The notes under the pieces: generated by a model | What the model saw: the letters and a program-made list of their open reading frames with translations, nothing else | The model's database searches: none | What the model was told of the DNA's origin: nothing | In this document: piece by piece, positions 34,908 through 43,133 of the stretch | Numbering within the stretch: position 1 is the first letter of the stretch | Layout of the letters: each line of letters opens with the position of its first letter | From: Dehalococcoidia bacterium LH_S1 | GTDB taxonomy: Bacteria; Chloroflexota; Dehalococcoidia; SZUA-161; SpSt-899 | Direction: 5' to 3' | NCBI GenBank assembly: GCA_023660035.1 | Contig: JAGXOF010000001.1 | Location: forward strand, 1 to 43,133 | Length of the DNA: 43,133 bases | Position numbers and translations under genes: made by a program

Positions 34908-35108
34908 TTAACACCTAATATCAACCTTACACACTTTTGTCTTACCTTAATTCCAAGACTCTCCAGCCCCGCAAGTCTCTGATCGGAACCTAAAATATCC
35001 CGTACTAGCCGGCTTGTGGCAATGGCGCCTAAGCTGGCATCATACTTGAGGGAGTATCGGAGAATGGTAGTATCTCCCTGTATATGTGCAGAATACGTGG
35101 TACAATGA
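34908..35108 (+). pseudogene. Degraded fragment of a second tyrosine-integrase gene (middle portion only, in-frame stop)
   Basis: It translates to LTPNINLTHFCLTLIPRLSSPASL*SEPKISRTSRLVAMAPKLASYLREYR. This aligns without gaps to residues RDIDLDLQSLSVSQILYKRGGACQFKEPKTGHSRRGVAMTPKLALFLREYK of the adjacent integrase. DNA similarity is visible (e.g. GTGGCAATGGCGCCTAAGCTGGC versus GTAGCAATGACACCTAAATTAGC). Confidence 0.5.
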
Positions 35109-35114
35109 GGTTGA

Positions 35115-36014
35115 AGAGATAAAGTCAATTCTATTATAGAGACTCATCTAGCGCCGGCGTTAGGACAATTTCAATTAAAGCATCTCACACCGCAAGCAGT
35201 TCAAGGCTATTATGGCAAGGCTTGCGAAACACCATCAGCATGGTCAGTCCACCACCAGCACCGGGCATTATCACAATCCTTGAAGCATGCTGTGAGGCAA
35301 GGCTATCTAGGCAGGAACCCCTGTGAACTGGTGGATATACTTTCAGCTACAAAGAAACAGATGAAAACGCTCGCTCCTGAAGAAGTTGAAGTCCTGTTGG
35401 AGAACGCGCAGGACAGCTTTTACTACCCCGTTATCTGTACCGCTTTGAGCACCGGGCTTCGCCAGGCTGACCTGCTAGGTTTAAGATGGCGTGATATCGA
35501 CCTTGATTTGCAATCCTTATCTGTTTCACAGATACTATACAAGAGAGGTGGTGCTTGCCAGTTCAAAGAACCCAAAACAGGCCATAGTCGAAGAGGAGTA
35601 GCAATGACACCTAAATTAGCTTTATTCTTAAGAGAATACAAGGCAAGCAGGGAATCGCTTTTATTGCATCTTGGGAAGTTGCCTTCCCTTGCCGACCTTG
35701 TTTTTGCTAATGTGGAAGGCAAGCTCCTTGATCCTGGAGTGCTTTCTCATACCTTCCACAGAATAGCAGTTCAGGCAGGGCTGAATAATGTTCGCTTTCA
35801 CGACTTGAGGTACACTTTCACTTCCCTTATGCTACTGTGTGGAGCAAAGCCAAAGGTCATTAGTGGGGCGCTAGGCCATAGCTCGGTTGCCTTCACGATG
35901 GACACCTATTCGCACATCATTGAGGGGATGCAATCAGATGCTATGGCGTTGCTGGATGAAGTGTTGCCGGCGGGTAGCTCAAAAAAACAACGCCTAATTA
36001 ACGCCAACTTTTGA
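35115..36014 (+). pseudogene. Tyrosine recombinase / phage-type integrase, 5'-truncated (catalytic domain intact; first usable start is a TTG at 35280)
   Basis: It has the catalytic motifs LRQADLLGLRWRDIDL, HDLRYTF and LGHSSVAFTMDTYSHI. Core-binding-domain homology (LAPALGQFQLKHLTPQAVQGYY) continues upstream of 35280 with no start codon, back to stops at 35106 and 35112. Confidence 0.8.
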
Positions 36015-36050
36015 ATATTTAGTGCCAAAACATGGCGATTTAGCTTCAAT

Positions 36051-36122
36051 GCCAGCGTAGCTCAGTGGAAGAGCAGCGGTTTCGTAAACCGCAGGTCGTG
36101 GGTTCGAATCCCACCGCTGGCT
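36051..36122 (+). tRNA. tRNA-Thr (anticodon CGT)
   Basis: Hand-folded cloverleaf: acceptor GCCAGCG/CGCTGGC, D arm GCTC/GAGC, anticodon arm GCGGT-TTCGTAA-ACCGC, T arm GTGGG-TTCGAAT-CCCAC, discriminator T. Confidence 0.95.
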
Positions 36123-36634
36123 GTATGTAATCACCGTTGTGGGGGAGTATTGTTTTGTTTTTTATGCTCTCTTTTTTATCTCTGCGCCCGGCATCACTTC
36201 TTACAATTATTTGGCGAACGCTTATTTGATATCTTCGGCATGAAACTTCCCCCTTTGTTGACTTCTTGATAAGCAACGGGATTTGTATGACGAATTTTGG
36301 TTTAATTGTTGGATTTGACTATCTGTCTCCGGCTTCACTGGATGAGGTGTTGCGCATACAGTGTTTTCCCGAAGTGTTATTATACCTTGGAGCGGATTGT
36401 CCTCTAAGCCAGGCTTGGCCTGAGGCTTATTCAGGTGTTTCTGGATTATTGTATCTGATATACTGGATTGCGCCACTTGCCTGGGGTAATAGAGGCGTTT
36501 ATAATAGTGATAGAAGACTGCTCTATAAGGTACTGGAGGCGGTGTTTCAAAGCCCATCGAGTGGGAAAATGTGGGCTTGCAAAACTCTGTGTAAGAGCTT
36601 ACAAGAATTCAATGAGTGATGAAAGGTGGTCTTT

Positions 36635-39379
36635 ATGACTTTCTCAAGCAGAGGTCGAAGGGGACAGCAACCCTCGTTTGGTGAGATAAGTCCGGCAGTC
36701 AAGAAGGCTATTATTGCCGCTGTTGCCGTGATTGTTCTCTTTATTCTCGCTGCCGTGGGGAAAGGTATATACACTGACCTGCTCTGGTTTGGTAATCTCG
36801 GCTATAGTAGTGTATATAAGACTATCCTTGTATCCAAGCTTTCGTTTTTCTTCATCGGGGCTATAGTGTTCTTTGCCCTGTTTATCGGGAATATTGCTTT
36901 GGCTCGATGGCTCTCCAGAAAAATAGAGGGAATGGTACTTCTAGGTGAGCATTGGTATGGGCATATCGCGGCATTAGCTGCAGGGATTATCCTGGCCCTT
37001 ATCTTCGGGGCTGTGGCCATGGGGGGATGGGAGACGGGCTTGCGTTTCCTGAACGCTGAATCCTTTGGCATAGCGGACCCTATTCTGGGAAATGATGCGG
37101 GATTTTACATGTTCTCGCTTCCCTTTCAATCCTTTGTTCAAGCCTGGTTCACCGGGGCTTCTATTATCTGCTTTTTTGGAGTTCTCGTCTTTTATGGCTA
37201 CCGCCTTGACTTTCGTGGTTTGAGGGATGGTGTGCCTTCTGCCTCTAAAGCCCACCTCTCCTTGCTGGCTGTGGTTGTAATTGGATTCGTTATCTGGAGT
37301 TATTTCCTCGATATGCCGCAGCTGTTTTTCTCTACCCGTGGAATGGTGTTTGGAGCCGGCTATACGGATGTGCATGCTCAACTTCCTATGATAAAGGGCC
37401 TTATTGCAATCGCCGGTATTTGTGCGATTCTCATTATTTTTAACATGTTCAGACAGGGATTTATATATGCGGCATATGGATTAGCGGGATGGTTAGCGAT
37501 CGCGATAATCGTGGCCAGTGCCTATCCCGCCATCATTCAGAGATTCCAGGTGGACCCGGCTGAACTCAGCAAGGAAGAGCCTTACATTGAACATAATATC
37601 GATTTTACCAGGGATGCTTTCAATCTGGATGATATTGAGGAAAAGGAATTTCACATTGAGGATAAGGTGACTGCTGAGGCAATTCAAAACAATACAGCAA
37701 CTGTAGAAAATATAAGGCTCTGGGATTATCGGCCTCTGAGGAATACCTATGAGGAGAAACAGAGTCTCAGGCAGTATTATGATTTTAGCGATATCGATGT
37801 TGATCGATACACCATTGACGGGGAATATCAACAGGTAATGTTGGGGGTGCGGGAATTATTTTCGGGGAGTCTGACTGCTAAGGCCCAAACGTGGGTTAAC
37901 AAACACCTTCAGTATACACATGGGTATGGATTGGTGATGAGCCAGGCAAGCGAGGTTGATTCGGAAGGACTGCCGGAGTTCCTTTTGCGGGATATTCCAC
38001 CACAAGGAGCCCTGGATCTGGATATGCCCCAGGTTTACTATGGTGAAAACACGGACATGTCCGTAGCAGTCAAAACCAAAGCGCCAGAGTTTGATTACCC
38101 TAAAGGCGATGAGAATGTTTATTCGGAATACGAGGGCGATGGCGGTGTCGGGTTAGGTTCTTTCGTCAGGCGGTTGGCCTATGCCTGGCAGCTCGGTGAT
38201 TTCAATATGCTCATAAGCGGAGAATTGACCTCCGAGAGCCGTGTCCTATACCACCGTAATATACAGGATCGCATACATCGTCTGGCTCCTTTCCTGAAGC
38301 TCGATAAGGACCCATACCCTGTTGTGAATGATGGGAAGCTTTTCTGGATACAGGATGCCTATACGACTGCGGAGAAGTATCCTTATTCCGAACCATCTTC
38401 AGAGGGGTTTAACTACATTCGTAATAGTGTTAAGGTTGTGGTCGACGCTTATAATGGCTCCGTTACCTTCTATGTCACTGAGCCCGATGATCCTGTGCTC
38501 AACACATATAGAGGTATTTTCCCGGACCTGTTCATCTCTATAGAGAAGATGCCTGATTCATTACGTTCTCACCTGCGTTATCCTCAGGGTTTGTTCAGTA
38601 TCCAGGCGGAGATGTACAGAACTTATCATATGGAGGATGCCAGGGTATTCTATAACAAGGAAGACCTGTGGACCACCCCCAATGAGTTTTGCTATGGCAA
38701 GGAACAGCCCATGGAGCCTTATTACGTGATAATGCGCTTGCCCAGTGAGAGCGAGGAAGAGTTCCTGCTCATGCAACCCTTTACTCCGGAGAATAAGAAC
38801 AATGCCATTGCCTGGTTGGGGGCGCGATGCGATGGCGAGAATTATGGAGAGCTTCTAGTTTACGATTTCCCCAAAGACAAATTGATCTACGGGCCAAGAC
38901 AAATCGAAAACCGCATTGACCAGGATACGGACATTTCAGGTCAGTTCACGCTCTGGGACCAGTCGGGCTCGGAGGTTATTCGCGGTAATCTCCTCATGAT
39001 ACCCGTTGGGGACTCTTACCTTTACGTTGAGCCTATCTTCCTGCAAGCGGAGGGAGGAGGCTTGCCCGAGCTTAAGCGGGTTATAGTGTCTAGCGGTGAT
39101 CACCTGTTTATGAGACCTACGCTTGAGGAATCGTTAAACGAGCTTTTTGCTTTACCTGCTGATGAAGGTGGGGAAGAGGAAGAGCCTTCTCCTGAGCCTG
39201 GCCCCGAACCTGAACCAGTGGGAACCGAGGTGAAAGAAGTGGCTAAGCAAGCCCAGGAGCACTATTCGAAGGCGCAAGAGTACTTCCAGGAAGGGAATTG
39301 GGCTGCATATGGGGAGGAGCTAGATGCTTTGGAGGAAGCCCTTGATCAACTGGTTGAGATTACGGGGGAGGAGGGGTAG
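36635..39379 (+). CDS. UPF0182-family large membrane protein
   Basis: About 914 aa with an N-terminal block of about 7 TM helices, a large soluble domain and an acidic C-terminal tail. An AGGTGG ribosome-binding site lies 5 nt before the ATG at 36635. The architecture is typical of UPF0182. Confidence 0.88.
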   Translation: MTFSSRGRRGQQPSFGEISPAVKKAIIAAVAVIVLFILAAVGKGIYTDLLWFGNLGYSSVYKTILVSKLSFFFIGAIVFFALFIGNIALARWLSRKIEGMVLLGEHWYGHIAALAAGIILALIFGAVAMGGWETGLRFLNAESFGIADPILGNDAGFYMFSLPFQSFVQAWFTGASIICFFGVLVFYGYRLDFRGLRDGVPSASKAHLSLLAVVVIGFVIWSYFLDMPQLFFSTRGMVFGAGYTDVHAQLPMIKGLIAIAGICAILIIFNMFRQGFIYAAYGLAGWLAIAIIVASAYPAIIQRFQVDPAELSKEEPYIEHNIDFTRDAFNLDDIEEKEFHIEDKVTAEAIQNNTATVENIRLWDYRPLRNTYEEKQSLRQYYDFSDIDVDRYTIDGEYQQVMLGVRELFSGSLTAKAQTWVNKHLQYTHGYGLVMSQASEVDSEGLPEFLLRDIPPQGALDLDMPQVYYGENTDMSVAVKTKAPEFDYPKGDENVYSEYEGDGGVGLGSFVRRLAYAWQLGDFNMLISGELTSESRVLYHRNIQDRIHRLAPFLKLDKDPYPVVNDGKLFWIQDAYTTAEKYPYSEPSSEGFNYIRNSVKVVVDAYNGSVTFYVTEPDDPVLNTYRGIFPDLFISIEKMPDSLRSHLRYPQGLFSIQAEMYRTYHMEDARVFYNKEDLWTTPNEFCYGKEQPMEPYYVIMRLPSESEEEFLLMQPFTPENKNNAIAWLGARCDGENYGELLVYDFPKDKLIYGPRQIENRIDQDTDISGQFTLWDQSGSEVIRGNLLMIPVGDSYLYVEPIFLQAEGGGLPELKRVIVSSGDHLFMRPTLEESLNELFALPADEGGEEEEPSPEPGPEPEPVGTEVKEVAKQAQEHYSKAQEYFQEGNWAAYGEELDALEEALDQLVEITGEEG

Positions 39380-39506
39380 ATGTTGTAGTAGTTAATATCT
39401 TATTCGTAATTAGGGCCATGTGACAATGATCGTGGGTTTTGATCCTATGAATAGAATTGAACTGAATTTTAAGCCTAAAAAATGAGAAAGGATAGGAGGG
39501 ATAATA

Positions 39507-40361
39507 GTGAAGCTAAATGTTTTTGTTGCTACGCTGGTTACAATTGCGATGCTGCTTGTGCCGTGTACTGCTCTAGCTGACAATCCACCACCATGTGTTT
39601 TCATGGGTACGGCTTACATTGATGGGCAGCAGGCCTCAAGGGTTGCTGTCTCTGCTTGGATAGATGGTGAGAAAGAGGCGGAGACTACCAGCAAATCGAG
39701 TGGTTATTATTATTTACAAGTTGGGGGGAGTCATCAGGGGAAGACAGTAAGCTTTATGGTTGATGGTGAGGGGGCGGAAGAGACTGCTAGATGGAGTATG
39801 ATGGGGTCTACTATAACTAAAGACCTTCATGTCGGTGATACAACACAGTCGTCGCAGACTGACGGTACAGGGATTCAGAGTGCGGAGGTGGAGACCCTGG
39901 AGCCGGGAGCGAGTGCTACTGCGGATTTTGACGCCTCGACTGGTGTCTTAACCATTGGTATACCCCAGGGTGAACAGGGGCCACAGGGTCCTGAGGGGCC
40001 ACAGGGTGAACAGGGGCCACAGGGTCCTGAGGGACCACAGGGTGAACAGGGGCCACAGGGGCCGGAAGGACCGCAGGGACCAGAGGGTGAGCCAGGCACT
40101 AGCGTGGAGAAAATAGATGTAAAGGGCTTGGAATCTGGGTCTGAAGCTACTCGGCAGTTTGACCCGGAGTCTGGTGTGCTCACCATCGGGATTCCGGAGG
40201 GTGAGCCAGGTGAGAAAGGCGAAAAAGGTGAGCGAGGTCCTGAAGGTCCGCAGGGGCCCAGTGCCCCTGGCGGAACTGTATTGCCTATCATAGGCATTGT
40301 TCTCGCTGCGATTGCTTTGATAGTGAGCTTTACTATGTCCGTCCGACGTCCGAAGGTGTAG
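39507..40361 (+). CDS. Secreted, C-terminally membrane-anchored collagen-like (G-X-Y) repeat protein
   Basis: The GTG start follows an AGGAGGG site. It has a signal peptide ([24 protein letters not shown]), two G-X-Y tracts ([12 protein letters not shown]... and [20 protein letters not shown]), and a C-terminal TM plus basic stop-transfer ([27 protein letters not shown]). Confidence 0.85.
   Translation: MKLNVFVATLVTIAMLLVPCTALADNPPPCVFMGTAYIDGQQASRVAVSAWIDGEKEAETTSKSSGYYYLQVGGSHQGKTVSFMVDGEGAEETARWSMMGSTITKDLHVGDTTQSSQTDGTGIQSAEVETLEPGASATADFDASTGVLTIGIPQGEQGPQGPEGPQGEQGPQGPEGPQGEQGPQGPEGPQGPEGEPGTSVEKIDVKGLESGSEATRQFDPESGVLTIGIPEGEPGEKGEKGERGPEGPQGPSAPGGTVLPIIGIVLAAIALIVSFTMSVRRPKV
39969..40076 (+). 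repeat. Three tandem 36-bp repeats encoding ([12 protein letters not shown])n
   Basis: Units lie at 39969-40004, 40005-40040 and 40041-40076. Units 1 and 2 differ at one position; unit 3 diverges in its 3' half. Confidence 0.9.
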
Positions 40362-40440
40362 ACTTATTCTTGTTTTAAGAGACGTTTATCCTTTGTAAAA
40401 GGGAATTTGGAAAGGGCTCGTAAATCAATTCCTGGTAAGG

Positions 40441-40475
40441 ATAGATTGAAGGGGCATATAGCCCCTTCAATCTAT
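40441..40475 (+). terminator. Perfect 15-bp stem / 5-nt loop hairpin downstream of the collagen-like gene
   Basis: ATAGATTGAAGGGGC-ATATA-GCCCCTTCAATCTAT. The weak T tract (GTTCC) leaves terminator function uncertain. Confidence 0.5.
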
Positions 40476-40626
40476 GTTCCTGTCTCCGTTCCAAAATGAT
40501 AGCCTCATAAAGTCTATAAGGAAGCAGGAATTGGCCAAGCAGTTTGGCGACTTAAGCGCTGCGGATTTATTGGTAGAGTGATAAACTGTTAACAGGATAA
40601 CAACGGGATAGTGGACTTGTTCAGTC

Positions 40627-41235
40627 ATGAAGATCGCCTGTCTTGATCTGGAAGGAATACTGATCCCGGAGATATGGATTGCCTTTGCCGAATATACGGG
40701 TATTGATGCGTTGAAGCTTACAACGCGGGATGTTCCCGATTATGATGAACTCATGCAATGGCGTCTCGGGATATTGAAGGAAAACAATCTTTTATTGCGC
40801 GATATCCAGAACGTTATATCCAGAATGCAGCCCCTGGAAGGGGCTGGGCAATTTCTTGATTGGCTACGCGAGCGCTTTCAGGTAGTCCTTATCACCGACA
40901 GCTTCTATGAATTCGTCATGCCTTTTATGAGGCAGATGGGGTATCCGATTGTTCTCTGTCATAATCTACAGGTTGATGTGGATGGTTTTGTAAGTGATTA
41001 TGTGCTGAGAAAACGGGACTGGAAGCGACAGGTAGTCAAGGTGTTTCACAATCTCAATTATCGTGTAATAAGCTGCGGGGATTCGTATAATGATGTAACG
41101 ATGTTGAAGGAGTCAAACGCTGGCATATTGTTCCGTCCCCCTGAGAATGTGGCTGCTGAGTTTCCCCAGTATATCGTGACACAGGACTACCACGAGCTGC
41201 GGGAGGCTTTCCTTGATGCTGCTGAGCATTGTTAG
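40627..41235 (+). CDS. thrH: Phosphoserine phosphatase / homoserine phosphotransferase ThrH (HAD family)
   Basis: 202 aa with very close end-to-end resemblance to Pseudomonas aeruginosa ThrH as I recall it (IACLDLEG.L.PEIWIAFAE.TGIDALK.TTRD.PDYD.LM..RL.IL, PLEGA..F.DWLRERFQVV, GDSYND.TML). Confidence 0.9.
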   Translation: MKIACLDLEGILIPEIWIAFAEYTGIDALKLTTRDVPDYDELMQWRLGILKENNLLLRDIQNVISRMQPLEGAGQFLDWLRERFQVVLITDSFYEFVMPFMRQMGYPIVLCHNLQVDVDGFVSDYVLRKRDWKRQVVKVFHNLNYRVISCGDSYNDVTMLKESNAGILFRPPENVAAEFPQYIVTQDYHELREAFLDAAEHC

Positions 41236-42090
41236 TCAGCGGCATTCGCCCCACAAACCCCGTTCTTCCTCTTTTGCCTCTTGCTCGAGTTCGGAGAACA
41301 TCTCCATGTACCTTACATTCGGTGGGTAGGGATAAGCCTCGGCGTATCCCAGACGTACAAGCTCGGCGTTGAACATTATCTCATCGACGTAAATGTAGCG
41401 AAGCAAACGGCCATATTTATCCTTGTTTTCGAGGCCTCTCACTAGCCGGACCCTCTTGCCGCCGACGAACTCCCGGTTCTTGGCGGTAGCCTCCTCGGCA
41501 AAGCATTCACCTGAACTGTGTGAATTCCCTGTCTCAGGTGTGTCGATTCCTATGTACCTGACATCCTGGCCCCCCTTGATCTCGATCGTGTCGCCGTCGA
41601 TGACGTGTGTTACAAGGGCGGTAGTGATATCGTACTTAGGGAATCCGGGCCAGCTTCCATCGGGATTGGCTACCTGTATTTGCGATGGCTCGTGCAGTAT
41701 CATGTCAGGGGAGCCTTCGTAGGTTTCTATGACTCCTCTGACGCGAATGCGTTTATCGAGGTAGTATTCCTCTGGGTGCAAAGGGAATTCGGGGCGGTCA
41801 TCGCCCCAGATAACGCAGGTGAAGTAGTCCTCGTACGGGTCGTGGAAATTGAGGAAGGTGGGCTGGCCTTTGGAATCCTCAGCGTAGTGGGTGAGGACGA
41901 TGGTTCCCTGGACAGTCACGAACTGATTGACATAATCATCCACTTCATCCCATGAGATTTGCGGTGGGGTTGAGGATGGTGTAGTGATAAGCGGTGTGCT
42001 GGTTGATGACGCAGATGGTGTAGTGGGTGCTGTGCTGCAGGCTGAGAGGACCAGCAGGAGTATTGTTAGAACAAAGGCTGAGTTTTTCAT
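41236..42090 (-). CDS. Lipoprotein with an OB-fold-like domain and a C-terminal thermonuclease (SNase) domain
   Basis: It has a lipobox (LLLVLSACS), a Thr/Ser/Pro linker, and SNase motifs (VIDGDTIEI, VRYIGIDTPE, DKYGRLLRYIY, NAELVRLGYA). Confidence 0.88.
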   Translation of the reverse strand: MKNSAFVLTILLLVLSACSTAPTTPSASSTSTPLITTPSSTPPQISWDEVDDYVNQFVTVQGTIVLTHYAEDSKGQPTFLNFHDPYEDYFTCVIWGDDRPEFPLHPEEYYLDKRIRVRGVIETYEGSPDMILHEPSQIQVANPDGSWPGFPKYDITTALVTHVIDGDTIEIKGGQDVRYIGIDTPETGNSHSSGECFAEEATAKNREFVGGKRVRLVRGLENKDKYGRLLRYIYVDEIMFNAELVRLGYAEAYPYPPNVRYMEMFSELEQEAKEEERGLWGECR

Positions 42091-42442
42091 TTCTGTACCT
42101 CAAACTCAAATAGCTCATCTTGAGGGAGTGTCAGGACATTATGGAGAATTCCCCCGGCATGTTGGTAAGTGCTGAGATCTTTGTTGCCAGACTTACTTCC
42201 TACAAGTCTAACGTCTTTTCATGCTTAATGCAATGCTTCTCTTTGCTCCTGAAATCCTGATTATGTCTTTGTGTTTTTGTGCAATACCTATGCACTTAAT
42301 TGCTAAATCTATGTTTGGGTTCAGAAAATAACACTTTGTGGTTGGTGTAATTAAATTCTGGAACCGTCATCCCAAATTTTTATCATTATCCCTTTGATTG
42401 GCAAAAGAAGATCAGGCGTAAGATCTATAGGCGATTTGTGCG

Positions 42443-43133
42443 CTATTTAGACTGTAAAAACTCTCGCGTATAGTCGTCCGAGGTCAAGTCCAGCTTTGAA
42501 ACGGCGCTTGTGGAGATCCCGGTCAAGGCGTTGAAGAATTCCTCCTCGATTCTTGCCTTTGTTTCCTCATCCTTTCCTTCAATGCGGCAGATGAGCATGG
42601 GCTGGGTGTTGGACTTCCTGACTAGTGCTTGCCCGAGCCAGCTCCCTTCGCTGTCTACCCACTTTATTAGCCCTCCGTCGATGGTGTCTATGGGATATCC
42701 TTTAGCCTGGAATATCTCTATCACAGCCTCGACTACCTCCTGTTTCTCTGAGAGTATATTGGTAGGCAGCTTTATGTTTATCTCCGGCGAGGCAGGATAT
42801 CTGGGTATTTCCTCGTCCAGGTCGATGAAGGTTTTGCCTTCTTTCAGACCATTGGCAATGGCCGTCAGCACCTTGACCGCTGCGAAGGTCCCATCGTCGA
42901 AAATCCAGTTCTCCTCGTGACCTGACATCTGATGTCCGGAAAGCTCGGCTGCAAGGGCCACCGGCTGCTTATTTCCCCTGAGGTCGACAGTGCCTCCGGA
43001 CAGTTTTGCCTCTGGAAGGCCGTCTCGCAGTGCGCGGGTCAGCGTCTTGACACCATCCTTTATGAAGGCGAATCCGGTGGGGCTCATGATGTATTCTCCG
43101 CTCTGCGATGTTATAAATTCCTCGGCTACCCGG
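42443..43133 (-). CDS. Phosphoglucomutase/phosphomannomutase-family protein, 5' end beyond the window
   Basis: It has C-terminal domain III/IV motifs (AAELSGH, FDDGTFAAVKVL, RKSNTQPML). The reading frame stays open to nt 43133. Confidence 0.85.
   Translation of the reverse strand, partial: RVAEEFITSQSGEYIMSPTGFAFIKDGVKTLTRALRDGLPEAKLSGGTVDLRGNKQPVALAAELSGHQMSGHEENWIFDDGTFAAVKVLTAIANGLKEGKTFIDLDEEIPRYPASPEINIKLPTNILSEKQEVVEAVIEIFQAKGYPIDTIDGGLIKWVDSEGSWLGQALVRKSNTQPMLICRIEGKDEETKARIEEEFFNALTGISTSAVSKLDLTSDDYTREFLQSK

Noticed and set aside
34558-35128. Minus-strand ORFs of 118 and 132 aa next to ilvE
   Set aside because: They overlap plus-strand integrase-homologous remnants and have odd composition. 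They are likely spurious.
36266-36619. A 117-aa plus-strand ORF between tRNA-Thr and the UPF0182 gene
   Set aside because: It has a Cys/Trp-rich, unnatural-looking composition, no ribosome-binding site and no motifs. The region is better explained as decayed mobile-element DNA, since the opposite strand has an HTH-like remnant.
39969-40076. Tandem 36-bp repeats, considered as a possible CRISPR or minisatellite
   Set aside because: The repeats are contiguous, with no spacers. They are in frame and encode G-X-Y collagen triplets within a clear CDS, so this is not a CRISPR array.
40474-40581. A 35-codon plus-strand ORF (MFLSPFQNDSLIKSIRKQELAKQFGDLSAADLLVE) upstream of thrH
   Set aside because: It has no ribosome-binding site, its start lies inside the 3' arm of the 15-bp hairpin, and it has no recognisable family. 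I treat it as non-coding unless conservation is shown.
42091-42442. A 350-nt AT-rich intergenic region, considered as a possible ncRNA or regulatory locus
   Set aside because: I found no convincing hairpins, repeats or promoter pairs beyond generic AT-richness. It is probably the divergent/terminator spacer between the nuclease and phosphohexomutase genes.

Overview
This is a 43.1-kb chromosomal window, densely coding on both strands and mostly housekeeping. I support about 37 protein-coding genes or gene remnants and 2 tRNAs (His-GUG, Thr-CGU). I see no rRNA, no CRISPR array and no intact mobile element.

Gene order, left to right:
- a 5'-truncated SDR
- a PyrR-attenuated pyrR-pyrB pair, then radC
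- minus strand: recN preceded by a radical-SAM gene, then a small methyltransferase
- a minus-strand run: pfkA, radical SAM/SPASM, PflX-like radical SAM, Mre11-like phosphoesterase, Rad50/SbcC-like ATPase (YhaO/YhaN = SbcF/SbcE type)
- purL and a B12-binding radical SAM gene
- prfA-prmC-oadG-oadB
- an EF-G paralog and an orphan protein
- a broken DUF763 gene, tRNA-His and a nitroreductase
- rpsO-pnp, dapB-asd-dapA, rsmD-coaD, ilvE
- integrase remnants next to tRNA-Thr
- a UPF0182 membrane protein, a collagen-like anchored surface protein, thrH, an OB-fold/thermonuclease lipoprotein, and a partial phosphohexomutase

Gene content (many radical SAM enzymes, UPF0182, GTCAT...AATCC palindromic units) suggests an anaerobic, possibly Chloroflexota-like lineage. 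That is a weak inference.

I cannot show a clear-cut new multi-gene system. The best candidates for novelty are:
1. An OadB-type Na+-pump beta subunit with an embedded biotinyl/lipoyl-like domain. It is encoded with only an unlisted OadG-like ORF and is coupled to prfA-prmC.
2. A PyrB fused to the Zn domain of PyrI, without the allosteric domain.
3. A membrane-hairpin Rad50-like/Mre11-like pair translationally packed behind two radical-SAM genes.
4. Local gene decay around tRNA-His and tRNA-Thr.

All homology calls come from motif recognition by eye and need database confirmation.
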